A stretch of 64,000 bases of DNA. Origin: an uncultured Clostridia bacterium. GTDB taxonomy: Bacteria; Bacillota; Clostridia; CAKSNL01; HGM11501. The notes below the pieces were generated by a model. It searched no databases, had not been told where the DNA came from, and was given only the letters and a program-made list of their open reading frames with translations. The position numbers and the translations under genes were made by a program. The stretch spans positions 206,153-270,152 of the forward strand of contig CAKSNL010000003.1 of the NCBI GenBank assembly GCA_934476235.1. Reading direction: 5' to 3'. Numbering within the stretch: the stretch's first letter is position 1; each line of letters starts with the position of its first letter. Positions 12,256 to 21,817 of this stretch are shown one piece after another.

Positions 12256-14025
12256 ATGACAAAAGGAAAAATCACAAAGATTTCCGGTCCGTTGGTTGTA
12301 GCGTCCGGTATGAGGGACTCAGATATGTATGATGTTGTCAAGGTAAGCAAGCTCGGACTCATCGGCGAAATAATCGAAATGCACGGTGATAAGGCGTCAA
12401 TTCAGGTTTACGAGGAGACATCGGGTCTCGGTCCCGGAGAAGATGTAATTTCAACGGGCGCTCCGCTTTCCGTGGAGCTCGGTCCCGGTCTTATCGGCGG
12501 AATATATGACGGAATACAAAGGCCCCTTAACGCGATCATGGAAAAGGTGGGCACGAACCTTGAAAGAGGAGTGAGCGTTCACTCGCTTGACCGCGGAAAG
12601 ACCTGGCACTTTGAAGCGTCGGCAAATGCGGGGGACAAGGTTTCCTCGGGCGACATTGTCGGCTCTGTAAAGGAAACGGACGCGGTTACTCACTATATCA
12701 TGGTGCCGAACGGCGTGTCCGGAGTGATATCCGAAATAAAGTCCGGCGAATATAAGATAGAAGACACCGTTTACAAAATAAAGAACGATAAGGGTGAGGA
12801 AAAAGAATATTCGCTCATGCAGAAATGGCCCGTCAGAGTCGGAAGACCATATAAAAAGAAGCTTATTCCGACGGTTCCGCTCGTTTCGGGTCAGCGAAGC
12901 ATTGATACGCTTTTCCCGATTGCAAAGGGCGGTATCGCGGCGATTCCCGGTCCCTTCGGAAGCGGAAAAACGGTTGTTCAGCATCAGCTTGCAAAGTGGG
13001 CGGACGCTGACATAATAGTCTATATCGGCTGTGGCGAGCGAGGAAACGAGATGACGGACGTTCTTAACGAATTTCCCGAGATTAAGGACCCCAAAACCGG
13101 GAAAACACTTATGGAAAGAACGGTTCTTATAGCGAACACGTCCGACATGCCCGTTGCGGCGCGTGAGGCGTCTGTATATACAGGCATCACGATTGCCGAA
13201 TATTTCAGAGATATGGGCTACTCGGTAGCGCTTATGGCGGATTCCACATCAAGATGGGCGGAGGCTCTCCGCGAAATGAGCGGAAGACTTGAGGAAATGC
13301 CCGGCGAGGAAGGCTATCCGGCATATCTCGGAAGCAGACTGGCGCAGTTTTACGAAAGAGCCGGTCACGTTGTATGCAACGGAAGCGACGAAAGGGAGGG
13401 TGCGCTTTCCGCTATCGGAGCCGTATCGCCTCCCGGAGGCGATATTTCAGAGCCCGTTTCTCAGGCGACATTAAGAATAGTAAAGGTTTTCTGGGGCTTG
13501 GATTCGGCGCTTGCGTATAAAAGGCATTTTCCGGCTATTAACTGGCTCAAGAGCTATTCTTTATATACGGACTCGCTGAAAAACTGGTTCTGCGAGAATA
13601 TTGCGTCCGACTGGTTTGACTTAAGAGCAAGGATAATGCGCATACTCCAGGACGAGGCGGAGCTTGAAGAGATCGTTCAGCTCGTCGGAATAGACGCGCT
13701 CTCGGCAAACGACAGATTAAAGCTGGAGGTTGCCCGCTCGATAAGAGAGGACTATCTGCATCAGGACGCGTTCCATGAGGTTGACACCTACGCTTCGCTT
13801 GAAAAGCAGCATATAATGATGGAGCTCATATTAAAGTTTTACGATATGGCACTTTCAGCACTTGAGGACGGGGCTGACATTAAAAAGCTCATTTCTCTTC
13901 CGGTGCGGGAGGCGATAGGAAGATTCAAATATACTCCGGAGAGCGAAATGCATTCGGAATTTGACAGCGTATCGGCTGAAATGAAAAGTGAAATTGACGA
14001 ACTTACGAAAGGGGATGAGCACTGA
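12256..14025 (+). CDS. ntpA: V-type ATP synthase catalytic subunit A.
   Basis: Walker A GPFGSGKT. 589 aa. Confidence 0.9.
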   Translation: MTKGKITKISGPLVVASGMRDSDMYDVVKVSKLGLIGEIIEMHGDKASIQVYEETSGLGPGEDVISTGAPLSVELGPGLIGGIYDGIQRPLNAIMEKVGTNLERGVSVHSLDRGKTWHFEASANAGDKVSSGDIVGSVKETDAVTHYIMVPNGVSGVISEIKSGEYKIEDTVYKIKNDKGEEKEYSLMQKWPVRVGRPYKKKLIPTVPLVSGQRSIDTLFPIAKGGIAAIPGPFGSGKTVVQHQLAKWADADIIVYIGCGERGNEMTDVLNEFPEIKDPKTGKTLMERTVLIANTSDMPVAAREASVYTGITIAEYFRDMGYSVALMADSTSRWAEALREMSGRLEEMPGEEGYPAYLGSRLAQFYERAGHVVCNGSDEREGALSAIGAVSPPGGDISEPVSQATLRIVKVFWGLDSALAYKRHFPAINWLKSYSLYTDSLKNWFCENIASDWFDLRARIMRILQDEAELEEIVQLVGIDALSANDRLKLEVARSIREDYLHQDAFHEVDTYASLEKQHIMMELILKFYDMALSALEDGADIKKLISLPVREAIGRFKYTPESEMHSEFDSVSAEMKSEIDELTKGDEH

Positions 14026-15404
14026 TGCCGAAGGAATACCGCACAATACAGGAGGTTGCAGGTCCCCTGATGCTTGTTAAGGACGTTGACCATGCTTCGT
14101 ACAATGAGATAGGCGAAATCGAGCTTGCGTCCGGAGATATAAGACGGTGCAGAGTCCTTGAGGTCAACAACTCCGACGTATTGGTTCAGCTTTTTGAAAA
14201 CAGCGCCGGAATCAACCTTCAGAACAGTAAGGTTCGCTTTTTAGGACGCGGAATCGAGCTCGGCGTGTCGGAGGACATGCTCGGAAGAATGTTCGACGGT
14301 ATGGGAAATCCGATAGACGGCGGTCCCGAGATAATACCGGAGAAAAGAATCGATATTAACGGCGTTCCGATGAATCCGGCGGCGAGAAACTACCCTTCAG
14401 AGTTCATAGAGACCGGCGTGTCCGCGATAGACGGGCTTAATACGCTTGTCCGCGGACAGAAGCTCCCCATATTTTCGGGAAGCGGACTTCCGCACGCGAG
14501 TCTTGCAGCGCAGATAGCGCGTCAGGCAAAGGTCAAGGGGAAGGATGAAAAGTTTGCCGTTGTTTTTGCGGCAATGGGCATTACCTTTGAAGAAGCCGAT
14601 TTCTTTAAGCAGGAATTCATAAAGACCGGCGCGATGGAGCGTACAGTTCTTTTCGTTAACCTGGCGAATGACCCCGCAATCGAAAGAATTGCAACTCCGA
14701 AGATGGCGCTTACCGCCGCGGAATATCTTGCGTTTGACCGCGGAATGCATGTGCTTGTTATCATGACCGATATCACGAACTACGCTGACGCTTTGCGCGA
14801 GATATCCGCCGCACGAAAGGAAGTGCCCGGAAGGCGCGGATATCCCGGATATATGTATACGGACCTCGCAACGCTTTATGAGCGTGCCGGAAGGCTTAAG
14901 GGAAAGGACGGCTCCATAACACTTATCCCGATCCTTACCATGCCCGAAGATGATAAGACTCACCCGATACCTGACCTTACAGGCTATATCACCGAGGGAC
15001 AGATAATTCTCTCGCGTGAGCTTTACAGAAAGAACATCGAGCCTCCGATAAACGTGCTCCCCTCGCTTTCGAGACTTAAGGATAAGGGAATAGGAGAGGG
15101 GAAGACCAGAGCCGACCACGCCAATACGATGAACCAGCTCTTTGCGGCATATGCAAGAGGAAAGGACGCAAAGGAGCTTATGTCGATTCTCGGCGAAGCC
15201 GCTCTTTCGGATGTTGACAAGCTCTATGCCGAGTTTGCCGAGCGCTTTGAAGAGGAATACGTGTCCCAGGGATATTATAATGACCGCTCAATTGAAGAAA
15301 CGCTTGATATCGGCTGGAAGCTCCTTTCGATACTTCCGAAGAGCGAATTAAAGCGAATCAAGAGCGAGTATATCGAAAAATATTATAAAGGTAACGAACA
15401 ATGA
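14025..15404 (+). CDS. ntpB: V-type ATP synthase subunit B.
   Basis: 459 aa. Non-catalytic nucleotide-binding fold. The start overlaps the ntpA stop. Confidence 0.9.
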   Translation: MPKEYRTIQEVAGPLMLVKDVDHASYNEIGEIELASGDIRRCRVLEVNNSDVLVQLFENSAGINLQNSKVRFLGRGIELGVSEDMLGRMFDGMGNPIDGGPEIIPEKRIDINGVPMNPAARNYPSEFIETGVSAIDGLNTLVRGQKLPIFSGSGLPHASLAAQIARQAKVKGKDEKFAVVFAAMGITFEEADFFKQEFIKTGAMERTVLFVNLANDPAIERIATPKMALTAAEYLAFDRGMHVLVIMTDITNYADALREISAARKEVPGRRGYPGYMYTDLATLYERAGRLKGKDGSITLIPILTMPEDDKTHPIPDLTGYITEGQIILSRELYRKNIEPPINVLPSLSRLKDKGIGEGKTRADHANTMNQLFAAYARGKDAKELMSILGEAALSDVDKLYAEFAERFEEEYVSQGYYNDRSIEETLDIGWKLLSILPKSELKRIKSEYIEKYYKGNEQ

Positions 15405-16054
15405 GCGTTTTAAATGTAAATCCGACGAGAATGGAGCTCACCAACCTAAAAAAGAAGCTGGCGGTTGCAAGAAAGGGGCACAAGCTCTTAAAGGATAAGC
15501 GCGACGAGATGATGCGCCGTTTTTTGGATATTGTTAAGGAAAACCACGCACTTCGCGGTGAGGTGGAAGAAATGCTCCTCACGGCGGAGAAAAAGGTAAT
15601 GCTTGCCAAGGCGGTAATGGGCGAAAAGACGCTCGCTTCGGCGCTGATGCTTCCGAAAAGCCGTGCTGCATTGGATATGGGCGAAAAAAATATAATGAGC
15701 GTCAGGATTCCGGAATTTAAGATTCCGGATAAAGGGCAAAATGTTCTGCCGTACGGTTTTGCATCCACTGCCGGAGAGCTTGACGAAGGAATTTTTGCAC
15801 TCGAGGAGTCAATGCCTAAGCTTATAAAGCTTGCAGAATCCGAGAATGCGATCGAGCTTTTGGCGTCGGAAATCGAAAAAACAAGGCGAAGAGTTAATGC
15901 CTTGGAGCATGTCATGATTCCGAATTATGAGGATACCATAAAGTACATCACGATGAAGCTTGACGAAAATGAGCGTTCAAATACCGCAAGGCTTATGAAG
16001 GTTAAGGACATGATGATTGAAGAGACCATTGAGGAAAAAAGAGCGGCACAGTAA
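15401..16054 (+). CDS. ntpD: V-type ATP synthase subunit D.
   Basis: 217 aa. Last gene of the operon. Overlapping start. Confidence 0.8.
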   Translation: MSVLNVNPTRMELTNLKKKLAVARKGHKLLKDKRDEMMRRFLDIVKENHALRGEVEEMLLTAEKKVMLAKAVMGEKTLASALMLPKSRAALDMGEKNIMSVRIPEFKIPDKGQNVLPYGFASTAGELDEGIFALEESMPKLIKLAESENAIELLASEIEKTRRRVNALEHVMIPNYEDTIKYITMKLDENERSNTARLMKVKDMMIEETIEEKRAAQ

Positions 16055-16077
16055 TTGGCACAGTAAATGCAAATAAA

Positions 16078-16113
16078 CAAAAACACTGTAACGATTACAG
16101 TGTTTTTGTTTTG
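16078..16113 (+). terminator. Rho-independent terminator ending the V-ATPase operon.
   Basis: aaacactgta-acgat-tacagtgttt followed by ttgtttt. Confidence 0.75.
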
Positions 16114-16541
16114 TGATTTAAAGCCCTCGAGAGCTAAAGGCGTAAGGAGAGACGCATCGGAAATGATTGAAAAATCCCTCAGAGTTTTCCTCCGGAAAAC
16201 CCACTTAAAACCGCCTTTGCGGTTTTAAGTGCGTGCGACAAAACCTTGAACGGTTTTTCGCACCTAACGGAAAAAGACCTTGTTGTCTTTTTTCGCCACG
16301 CCGTTTAGCAAGGGAGCCTTTAAATGCCCTCCTTGCTAAAGGTAGCGAAGCGGCGCCGAGGCAATGAATGACAGTCCAGTGGACTGTCAGAACCGAGGCG
16401 TGACCGAGCCGCAGCGAGACGGAAGAGCCGAAGGCGAAGGGAGGATTTTTCAGCGCGCCCACCGTATTCGCGGCAAACCCGTCCGGCACGGACTTTCGGC
16501 AGAGGGTGCCTCTGTGGTAAAATGGTTCCCGGGGTGAGAGA
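16114..16541. other. GC-rich noncoding block (~430 bp) with at least six consecutive stem-loops. Candidate structured RNA or element-boundary remnant.
   Basis: Hairpins read from the sequence include gagttttcc/ggaaaac, ttaaaaccgc-ctttg-cggttttaa, agcaagggag..ctccttgct and gacagtcc-agt-ggactgtc. The only ORF (minus strand, 123 aa) is low-complexity and implausible. Confidence 0.4.
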
Positions 16542-17375
16542 ATGTTTATCACAGAAGAAAAAATAAAAAATTTCAAAAACGACCTTATTAAACGCGAAAA
16601 GGAGAGGGCGACCGCAGAAAAATACGCCCGCGACGTGAGGCTTTTTGCCGAGTACCTTTCCGGGCTAAAGGTGACAAAGGAGCTCGCGGTCAGCTACAAA
16701 GAGCACCTCAAGGTAACCCGCGCACCAGCAAGCGTGAACGCCGCGGTTGCGGGGCTTAACTCATTTTTCGCGTTCTGCGGGAGGCACGATTTAAAGCTCA
16801 AGAGCCTTAAATTTTCCCGGAGCAGCTTTGCGGATAAAGAGCGGGAGATGACGGTATCAGAATACAACCGACTTTTGTCCGCCGCGAAGGAAAAGAGCGA
16901 GCGGCTATATCTGCTCATGCAGACGGCGTGCTCCTGCGGACTCAGAGTTTCCGAGATTCGCTTTATCACTTGCGAGGCGCTTATGCTGCGCCGCGCGACG
17001 GTCGCGCTAAAGGGCAGAGTCCGCACGGTGCTGCTCCCGGGAAAGCTCTGCAAAATGCTGATTAAGTATGCCAAAAAGAACAAAATAAAAAGCGGACCCG
17101 TGTTCATCATAAGAACAGGGAAACCGCTTGACAGGTTCTATATCTGGCGCTCCATGAAGGCACTTTGTAAAAAGGCGAATGTGTCCGAAAAGAAGGTGTT
17201 CCCGCACAACCTCCGCCATTTGTTTGCGCGGACGTACTACAAGGTGCATAAGGACTTACTGCGCCTTTCGGAGCTTTTAGGGCACGTGAGCATGAATACC
17301 ACGCGCATTTACACCGCGGAATCTTCGGAGATTCACCGCTCCAGAATCGAAATGCTCGGCTTTTTGCGGGAATAA
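16542..17375 (+). CDS. Tyrosine-type site-specific recombinase (XerC/D-like, 277 aa).
   Basis: Catalytic pattern GLRVSE (Arg), HNLRH (H-x-x-R) and TRIYT (Tyr). A GGGGTGAGAG RBS precedes the ATG. Confidence 0.8.
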   Translation: MFITEEKIKNFKNDLIKREKERATAEKYARDVRLFAEYLSGLKVTKELAVSYKEHLKVTRAPASVNAAVAGLNSFFAFCGRHDLKLKSLKFSRSSFADKEREMTVSEYNRLLSAAKEKSERLYLLMQTACSCGLRVSEIRFITCEALMLRRATVALKGRVRTVLLPGKLCKMLIKYAKKNKIKSGPVFIIRTGKPLDRFYIWRSMKALCKKANVSEKKVFPHNLRHLFARTYYKVHKDLLRLSELLGHVSMNTTRIYTAESSEIHRSRIEMLGFLRE

Positions 17376-17391
17376 AAGAAAAAAGCCACAT

Positions 17392-17408
17392 AATATACAT
17401 TACGTGGT
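17392..17408. repeat. Left copy of a 17-bp perfect inverted repeat (AATATACATTACGTGGT). Candidate recombinase crossover site (IR-L).
   Basis: Exact reverse complement of 17677-17693. Flanking CCAC/GTGG motifs are also shared. Confidence 0.7.
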
Positions 17409-17600
17409 CCAGAAAAAAATCAACAAGGATTTTTTTCGGACCGGTTTACGAAAAATATTCAAGTTTTTCGTAAACTGGGTATACAGGAGCCGGCAAACGC
17501 CGGGTCCGTTCATGCAAAAGACCACGAAAAATAGACCGATGAAAGCAATTTTTCATCATCGGTCTTAAAACCGTGCAAAAAAATATTTTTGCCGATAAAT

Positions 17601-17629
17601 ATTGACATACTTTTCCAAAAGTAGTATAA
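17601..17629 (+). promoter_or_regulatory. Consensus sigma-70 promoter (TTGACA-17 nt-TATAAT) inside the IR-bounded segment.
   Basis: ttgaca tacttttccaaaagtag tataat, read directly from the sequence. It points toward the gene at 17727. Confidence 0.65.
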
Positions 17630-17676
17630 TAAAAATACCCTAATTTCGCTTTTCGAGGAAAAGGGCTGGATGGTAT

Positions 17677-17693
17677 ACCACGTAATGTATATT
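17677..17693. repeat. Right copy of the 17-bp inverted repeat (IR-R).
   Basis: ACCACGTAATGTATATT is the reverse complement of 17392-17408. Confidence 0.7.
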
Positions 17694-17726
17694 CCGTGGT
17701 GAAAATTAATTTTTAGGAGGAAGAAA

Positions 17727-18626
17727 ATGTTCGACAAGATTGACAAGAACATTAAGGATTTTGCACAGGTTCTGTGTTGGGTCGGTGTAATTGCAAGCAT
17801 CATTTTGGCAATAGTAATGTTTGCAAAAGCAGGAGATTCATATTATACAGAAGGATTGTTTACGAGTTTGGGATTTATTTTCTTAATAGTAGGACCGATT
17901 ATATCAATAATAAACGGAATGCTCGTGTATGGATTCGGTGAGTTAATAGAAAAAGTAATGTCAATTGATACAAAATTGAAAAAAAATAAGGGAAACAGAG
18001 TATATAATCCAAACAGTACGGTGAAATTTGACTGCTATCACGGTGCGATTGAATGGCTGGTTCTTGATAAAAAGGACGATAAGGCACTTTTGATCAGTAA
18101 ATACTGTTTAGATGCGAACGCATACGATAAAAATGAGGAAAATGAATCTGTCACGTGGGAAACCTCAACACTTCGTCAGTGGCTTAACGGTGAATTTATA
18201 AATGAAGCATTTACCGAAAAAGAGAAAACTCTGATATGCGACACACATTTGAAAAATCCCAATAATCCCAAATACGGCACCGATGGAGGAAACGATACGA
18301 CGGATAAAGTGTTCCTCCTGAGTATTGATGAGGTAGAAAAGTATTTTGCAAACGGAGAGAAAAGAAAAGCGGAAGCAACGGGGTATGCGAAATATAAAGG
18401 AATTTGTGTATCGGAAGAAAACGGCAATGTTTGGTGGTGGCTGCGGTCGCCCGGGAGCAATAGTAGAGACGCTGTCTATGTGGACCTTGATGGATCCGTC
18501 CGCTATTACGGAAGCCATATGGACGACGAAGAGGGTGGTGTTCGTCCTGCAATGTGGGTGAAGATAGAAGAATGGGGAGAAAAAAATAGCGGTGTGAGTC
18601 GGCATAATATTGTGTGCAATTCATGA
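17727..18626 (+). CDS. Membrane-anchored protein of unknown function (two N-terminal TM helices plus an extracytoplasmic domain with WWLRSPG / GVRPAMWV motifs, DUF6273-like).
   Basis: AGGAGG RBS. Hydrophobic N-terminus. GC content is markedly below that of the flanking genes. Confidence 0.55.
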   Translation: MFDKIDKNIKDFAQVLCWVGVIASIILAIVMFAKAGDSYYTEGLFTSLGFIFLIVGPIISIINGMLVYGFGELIEKVMSIDTKLKKNKGNRVYNPNSTVKFDCYHGAIEWLVLDKKDDKALLISKYCLDANAYDKNEENESVTWETSTLRQWLNGEFINEAFTEKEKTLICDTHLKNPNNPKYGTDGGNDTTDKVFLLSIDEVEKYFANGEKRKAEATGYAKYKGICVSEENGNVWWWLRSPGSNSRDAVYVDLDGSVRYYGSHMDDEEGGVRPAMWVKIEEWGEKNSGVSRHNIVCNS

Positions 18627-18640
18627 ATCATCTTTGCGAT

Positions 18641-18680
18641 AAAACAAAAAAAACTCTGTAATTATTACAGAGTTTTTTAT
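18641..18680. terminator. Bidirectional rho-independent terminator.
   Basis: A-run, then aaactctgtaat-t-attacagagttt, then T-run. It lies between convergent genes. Confidence 0.75.
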
Positions 18681-18688
18681 TACGGAGT

Positions 18689-19732
18689 TTACTTTTCCGG
18701 GAGCTCGCGGCTTCGCATGATCTCTTTTTTTGCCTTGGAGCTATACTGAGCGTAAAATTTATGCGTTACCTCAATATTTTTATGCCCCATAAGCTCGGCA
18801 ACCATTTTAATGTCCACGCCTTCTTCTAAAAGGGTGCAGGCAAACGTTCTCCTCAGGGCATGGGGTCTGGTTTTATCCTTATTTGTTATCCCGGCGGCAA
18901 GGCAGTATGTTTTTAAGTTATGTTCCACGCTTGAAATGGTGAGCCTGTCGCCGTTTCTTGAAACAAATAGGGCAGAGGTGCCGTAATTTTGCTCCTTGCG
19001 CCATTCAAGATACTCCAAAAGTTCATTTTCGACCTGAACCGGCATGAATATTTCGTCCTCATTTCCGCCTTTTCGGGTAACGGTGAACGACGACGTTTCA
19101 AAATCAATATCCGATATGTCAAGATTTACCAGCTCCGAAACGCGAACACCTGTTCCCAAATAGGTGAGATAAAGCGCAATATCGCGCTTTTTTCGGTTCA
19201 GATACTCTATCAGAAGGCGACCTTTAAAGTATTTTTCGCCGTTTAATATAACATCCATCAGCCGCATGGTTTCCTGCAGGGTGAGGGGTTTCTTGATTTT
19301 CTGAACAAGCTTGTTCATATCAACCTTAAGCGTGACATTCTGCGAAATTTTATCAGTTTTATAAAGATACGAAAAAAGACTTCTGAGCGACGACATTTTA
19401 CGGTTGATTCCGAAGGATGAATTCCTGTGAGTACGGCTGTAGGATTCACCGTCAGAATCGGTATATGTAAGCGTGTATTGCTTTAAGTAGGATTTGTATT
19501 CCAATAGATCGTCAACACAAATCTGTTCCATGTCATTTTCGGAAAACTCTTCAACAGTGTCGTACGGGAACTTGCCGGACACCAAAAGGAAGTTTAAAAA
19601 GATTTTTATATCGAGAGCAAATGCAAGCTGAGTATTAACGGATTCGCCGTCATAATAATAATCAATGAATCTGAATACAAAGTCGGGAAGCTCTGCCAGG
19701 TAATTTCTCAGTGTGTTTTGCTTATCAGTCAT
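18689..19732 (-). CDS. Tyrosine-type integrase/recombinase (phage-integrase family, 347 aa).
   Basis: C-terminal HALRRTFA...MGHKNIEVTHKFY catalytic region. Low GC. Confidence 0.8.
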   Translation of the reverse strand: MTDKQNTLRNYLAELPDFVFRFIDYYYDGESVNTQLAFALDIKIFLNFLLVSGKFPYDTVEEFSENDMEQICVDDLLEYKSYLKQYTLTYTDSDGESYSRTHRNSSFGINRKMSSLRSLFSYLYKTDKISQNVTLKVDMNKLVQKIKKPLTLQETMRLMDVILNGEKYFKGRLLIEYLNRKKRDIALYLTYLGTGVRVSELVNLDISDIDFETSSFTVTRKGGNEDEIFMPVQVENELLEYLEWRKEQNYGTSALFVSRNGDRLTISSVEHNLKTYCLAAGITNKDKTRPHALRRTFACTLLEEGVDIKMVAELMGHKNIEVTHKFYAQYSSKAKKEIMRSRELPEK

Positions 19733-19833
19733 AAAAACCCTCCTTCCGTTATAAAAGAATATTCCAATTCAGATAAATAGTTATTTATCTGAAAATAATC
19801 ACATTAAACCCTTTATATTCCCCGGCTTGTATT

Positions 19834-21804
19834 TTAAAATTCTATAGAAAGCTCTTTGTCTTTTTCAAGCTTTATGCTCTCGCCGTTAAAGCATAATGTA
19901 CCTCCGCCTATTGTTGCGGAGACGGAAAGCTTTTTGCCGGTTAACTTTACTTTTACTTCTCCGCCTTTTACCGGAACCGTTCCTTCAATAAACTTAAATC
20001 CGCCGAGGTGCGGCTTCACGGTAAATGTTTCATAGCCGGGACTTGTCGGATAAACTCCCAAAAAGAATCTTCCTAAAAGATATATCGGAGCTGCTCCCCA
20101 CGCGTGGCAGAGCGACTTATCGTATTTCTTGCCGTACATCGCATAATGTTCGTCCCCGGAAAGCGACGGGTCAAATTCCTCCCACACCGTCGTCGCACCC
20201 AAGTCAAGCATGCCCTTCCAGTATGTGCGAATCTTGTTTTCAATAAAGTCAAACCGCCCGAGCTTTCCCATTGCTTCAAGCTCGTAGCCTTCAAAATAAG
20301 GTGTTGTTATTTTGGGAATATCATCATTGAACAAAACATTTTTGCAAATGCTTTCCGTCTGCTCTTTTGACGCAATATCATATAAAATTGCAAAAATATT
20401 CGCGTGGCGCGTGACATTTCTCTTGCCGGACTCGTAATTGTCGATATAAGCGCCTTTCTCCTCATCCCAGAAAAACGCATTGATTTTTTCGGTGAGAAGC
20501 TCTGATTCCTTTTTATATGAATTGTCACTTCCGACTATTTTTGCCAGCTTTGCCATAGCTTTGTACGCAGCAGCCAAAAGCATCTGCTCGGCGCTGATGC
20601 AGGATTCGCCGGACTTGTCAATTTCCGCCCAGTCAATGAATATCCAGTCCCCCGGGACGCGTTTTATAAAACCGTCGCCGTTCACACGCCGGCGGCAAAA
20701 ATCCAGAAGCGTTACCGCCTTGGGATAAATGAACTTTATAAATTCCTCATCCTTGTAGAACAGATAATACTCATAAAGCCCGATTATCCAGAAAAGACTG
20801 TAGTCCGCAATGGTGTTTATATGCTCATAAACCGGGTCCTTCCCTCTTAAAGCAATCGTGCTGCGCCTTATTATTTCCTTGTCAAAGAAAAGGTAATTGT
20901 TAAACTTATACGCTTGATATGAGTCCCCTCCCCAGAGCCATCTGTCACGCTTTACAGCCTCTAACTGCACTTCGCGCGAGGTTAAGTGAAGAGTGTATGC
21001 GCACATATCCCAGATTTTATTGACCGCCTCATCATCGCATGAAAAGGCGCCCTTGTATTCAAGGGGAAGATATTCATAGTCTGCGCAAACTTTCAGAGCG
21101 CCGTTTTCACCGCCCTGAATGAAAATATACCGAAATGCGCGCGGGCGGAGCTTGTACCGCGTTTTGCCTGTCACATCCTCACGGACTGTGGAAAACTCGG
21201 TATCGACCGCTTCGGAGAGCGACTCGCCGTAGCTTACATGTATTTTATCTTGAGGGCACGCCCCGTCGATCAATAAAAAGCCGTAGATTTCTTTTCCGAA
21301 ATCATAAAGCAAGCCGTCCGCCCTTTTTTCGGTCTTTACCGGGAGGAGCTCTTTATATTCAAAAATGAATTTTTCGGGATTTTTGGATGGGCTGTCGTAC
21401 TTTTTGTCGAAACCGACCGGGAGTACCTTCGTTTTTTGCGGGTTTAAGGCGTACCAGTCATCTCCACCCGGGCAAATATCGCTTTCGACAAATGCCGCGG
21501 GAAGTCCCGAAAGATTTGTCACTGTTATTTTTGCGTGATGCTTGCCGGGGGCAATGGTGTGAACCTCCCCTGCTTTATAAAGCTTTCCGTCAACCGAAAG
21601 GTATCCGAATCCGTTTAAGGTGACTTTTATTTTTTCCGGCAAGTCATTTTCAAAATCACAGTATAAGAATACGTTTTTATCCACATCGGGAAGGCGCCAG
21701 AACACGGGATAATCTATGCCAAATTCCTCTCTCCTTGTGTTAGCCTTGTTCGAATGGAATATTTCATAGTCGCCGTAATTCCACATCCAGTATGCTTTTG
21801 CCAT
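19834..21804 (-). CDS. Six-hairpin glycoside hydrolase, GH78 alpha-L-rhamnosidase-like.
   Basis: KRDRWLWGGDSYQAY and CHAWGAAPIYLLGRFFLGVYP resemble the GH78 (alpha/alpha)6 catalytic domain blocks. Confidence 0.55.
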   Translation of the reverse strand: MAKAYWMWNYGDYEIFHSNKANTRREEFGIDYPVFWRLPDVDKNVFLYCDFENDLPEKIKVTLNGFGYLSVDGKLYKAGEVHTIAPGKHHAKITVTNLSGLPAAFVESDICPGGDDWYALNPQKTKVLPVGFDKKYDSPSKNPEKFIFEYKELLPVKTEKRADGLLYDFGKEIYGFLLIDGACPQDKIHVSYGESLSEAVDTEFSTVREDVTGKTRYKLRPRAFRYIFIQGGENGALKVCADYEYLPLEYKGAFSCDDEAVNKIWDMCAYTLHLTSREVQLEAVKRDRWLWGGDSYQAYKFNNYLFFDKEIIRRSTIALRGKDPVYEHINTIADYSLFWIIGLYEYYLFYKDEEFIKFIYPKAVTLLDFCRRRVNGDGFIKRVPGDWIFIDWAEIDKSGESCISAEQMLLAAAYKAMAKLAKIVGSDNSYKKESELLTEKINAFFWDEEKGAYIDNYESGKRNVTRHANIFAILYDIASKEQTESICKNVLFNDDIPKITTPYFEGYELEAMGKLGRFDFIENKIRTYWKGMLDLGATTVWEEFDPSLSGDEHYAMYGKKYDKSLCHAWGAAPIYLLGRFFLGVYPTSPGYETFTVKPHLGGFKFIEGTVPVKGGEVKVKLTGKKLSVSATIGGGTLCFNGESIKLEKDKELSIEF

Positions 21805-21817
21805 TTTTGCCCCTCCT

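Noticed and set aside
14397-15119. 240-aa minus-strand ORF antisense to ntpB, and similar long antisense ORFs inside ntpA/ntpI.
   Set aside because: They lie fully inside well-supported V-ATPase genes on the opposite strand. They have no RBS and low-complexity R/S/L-rich translations typical of antisense noise.
16205-16576. 123-aa minus-strand ORF across the GC-rich structured block.
   Set aside because: The translation is repetitive and Arg/Gly/Pro-rich, with no start context. The region is better explained as structured noncoding DNA.
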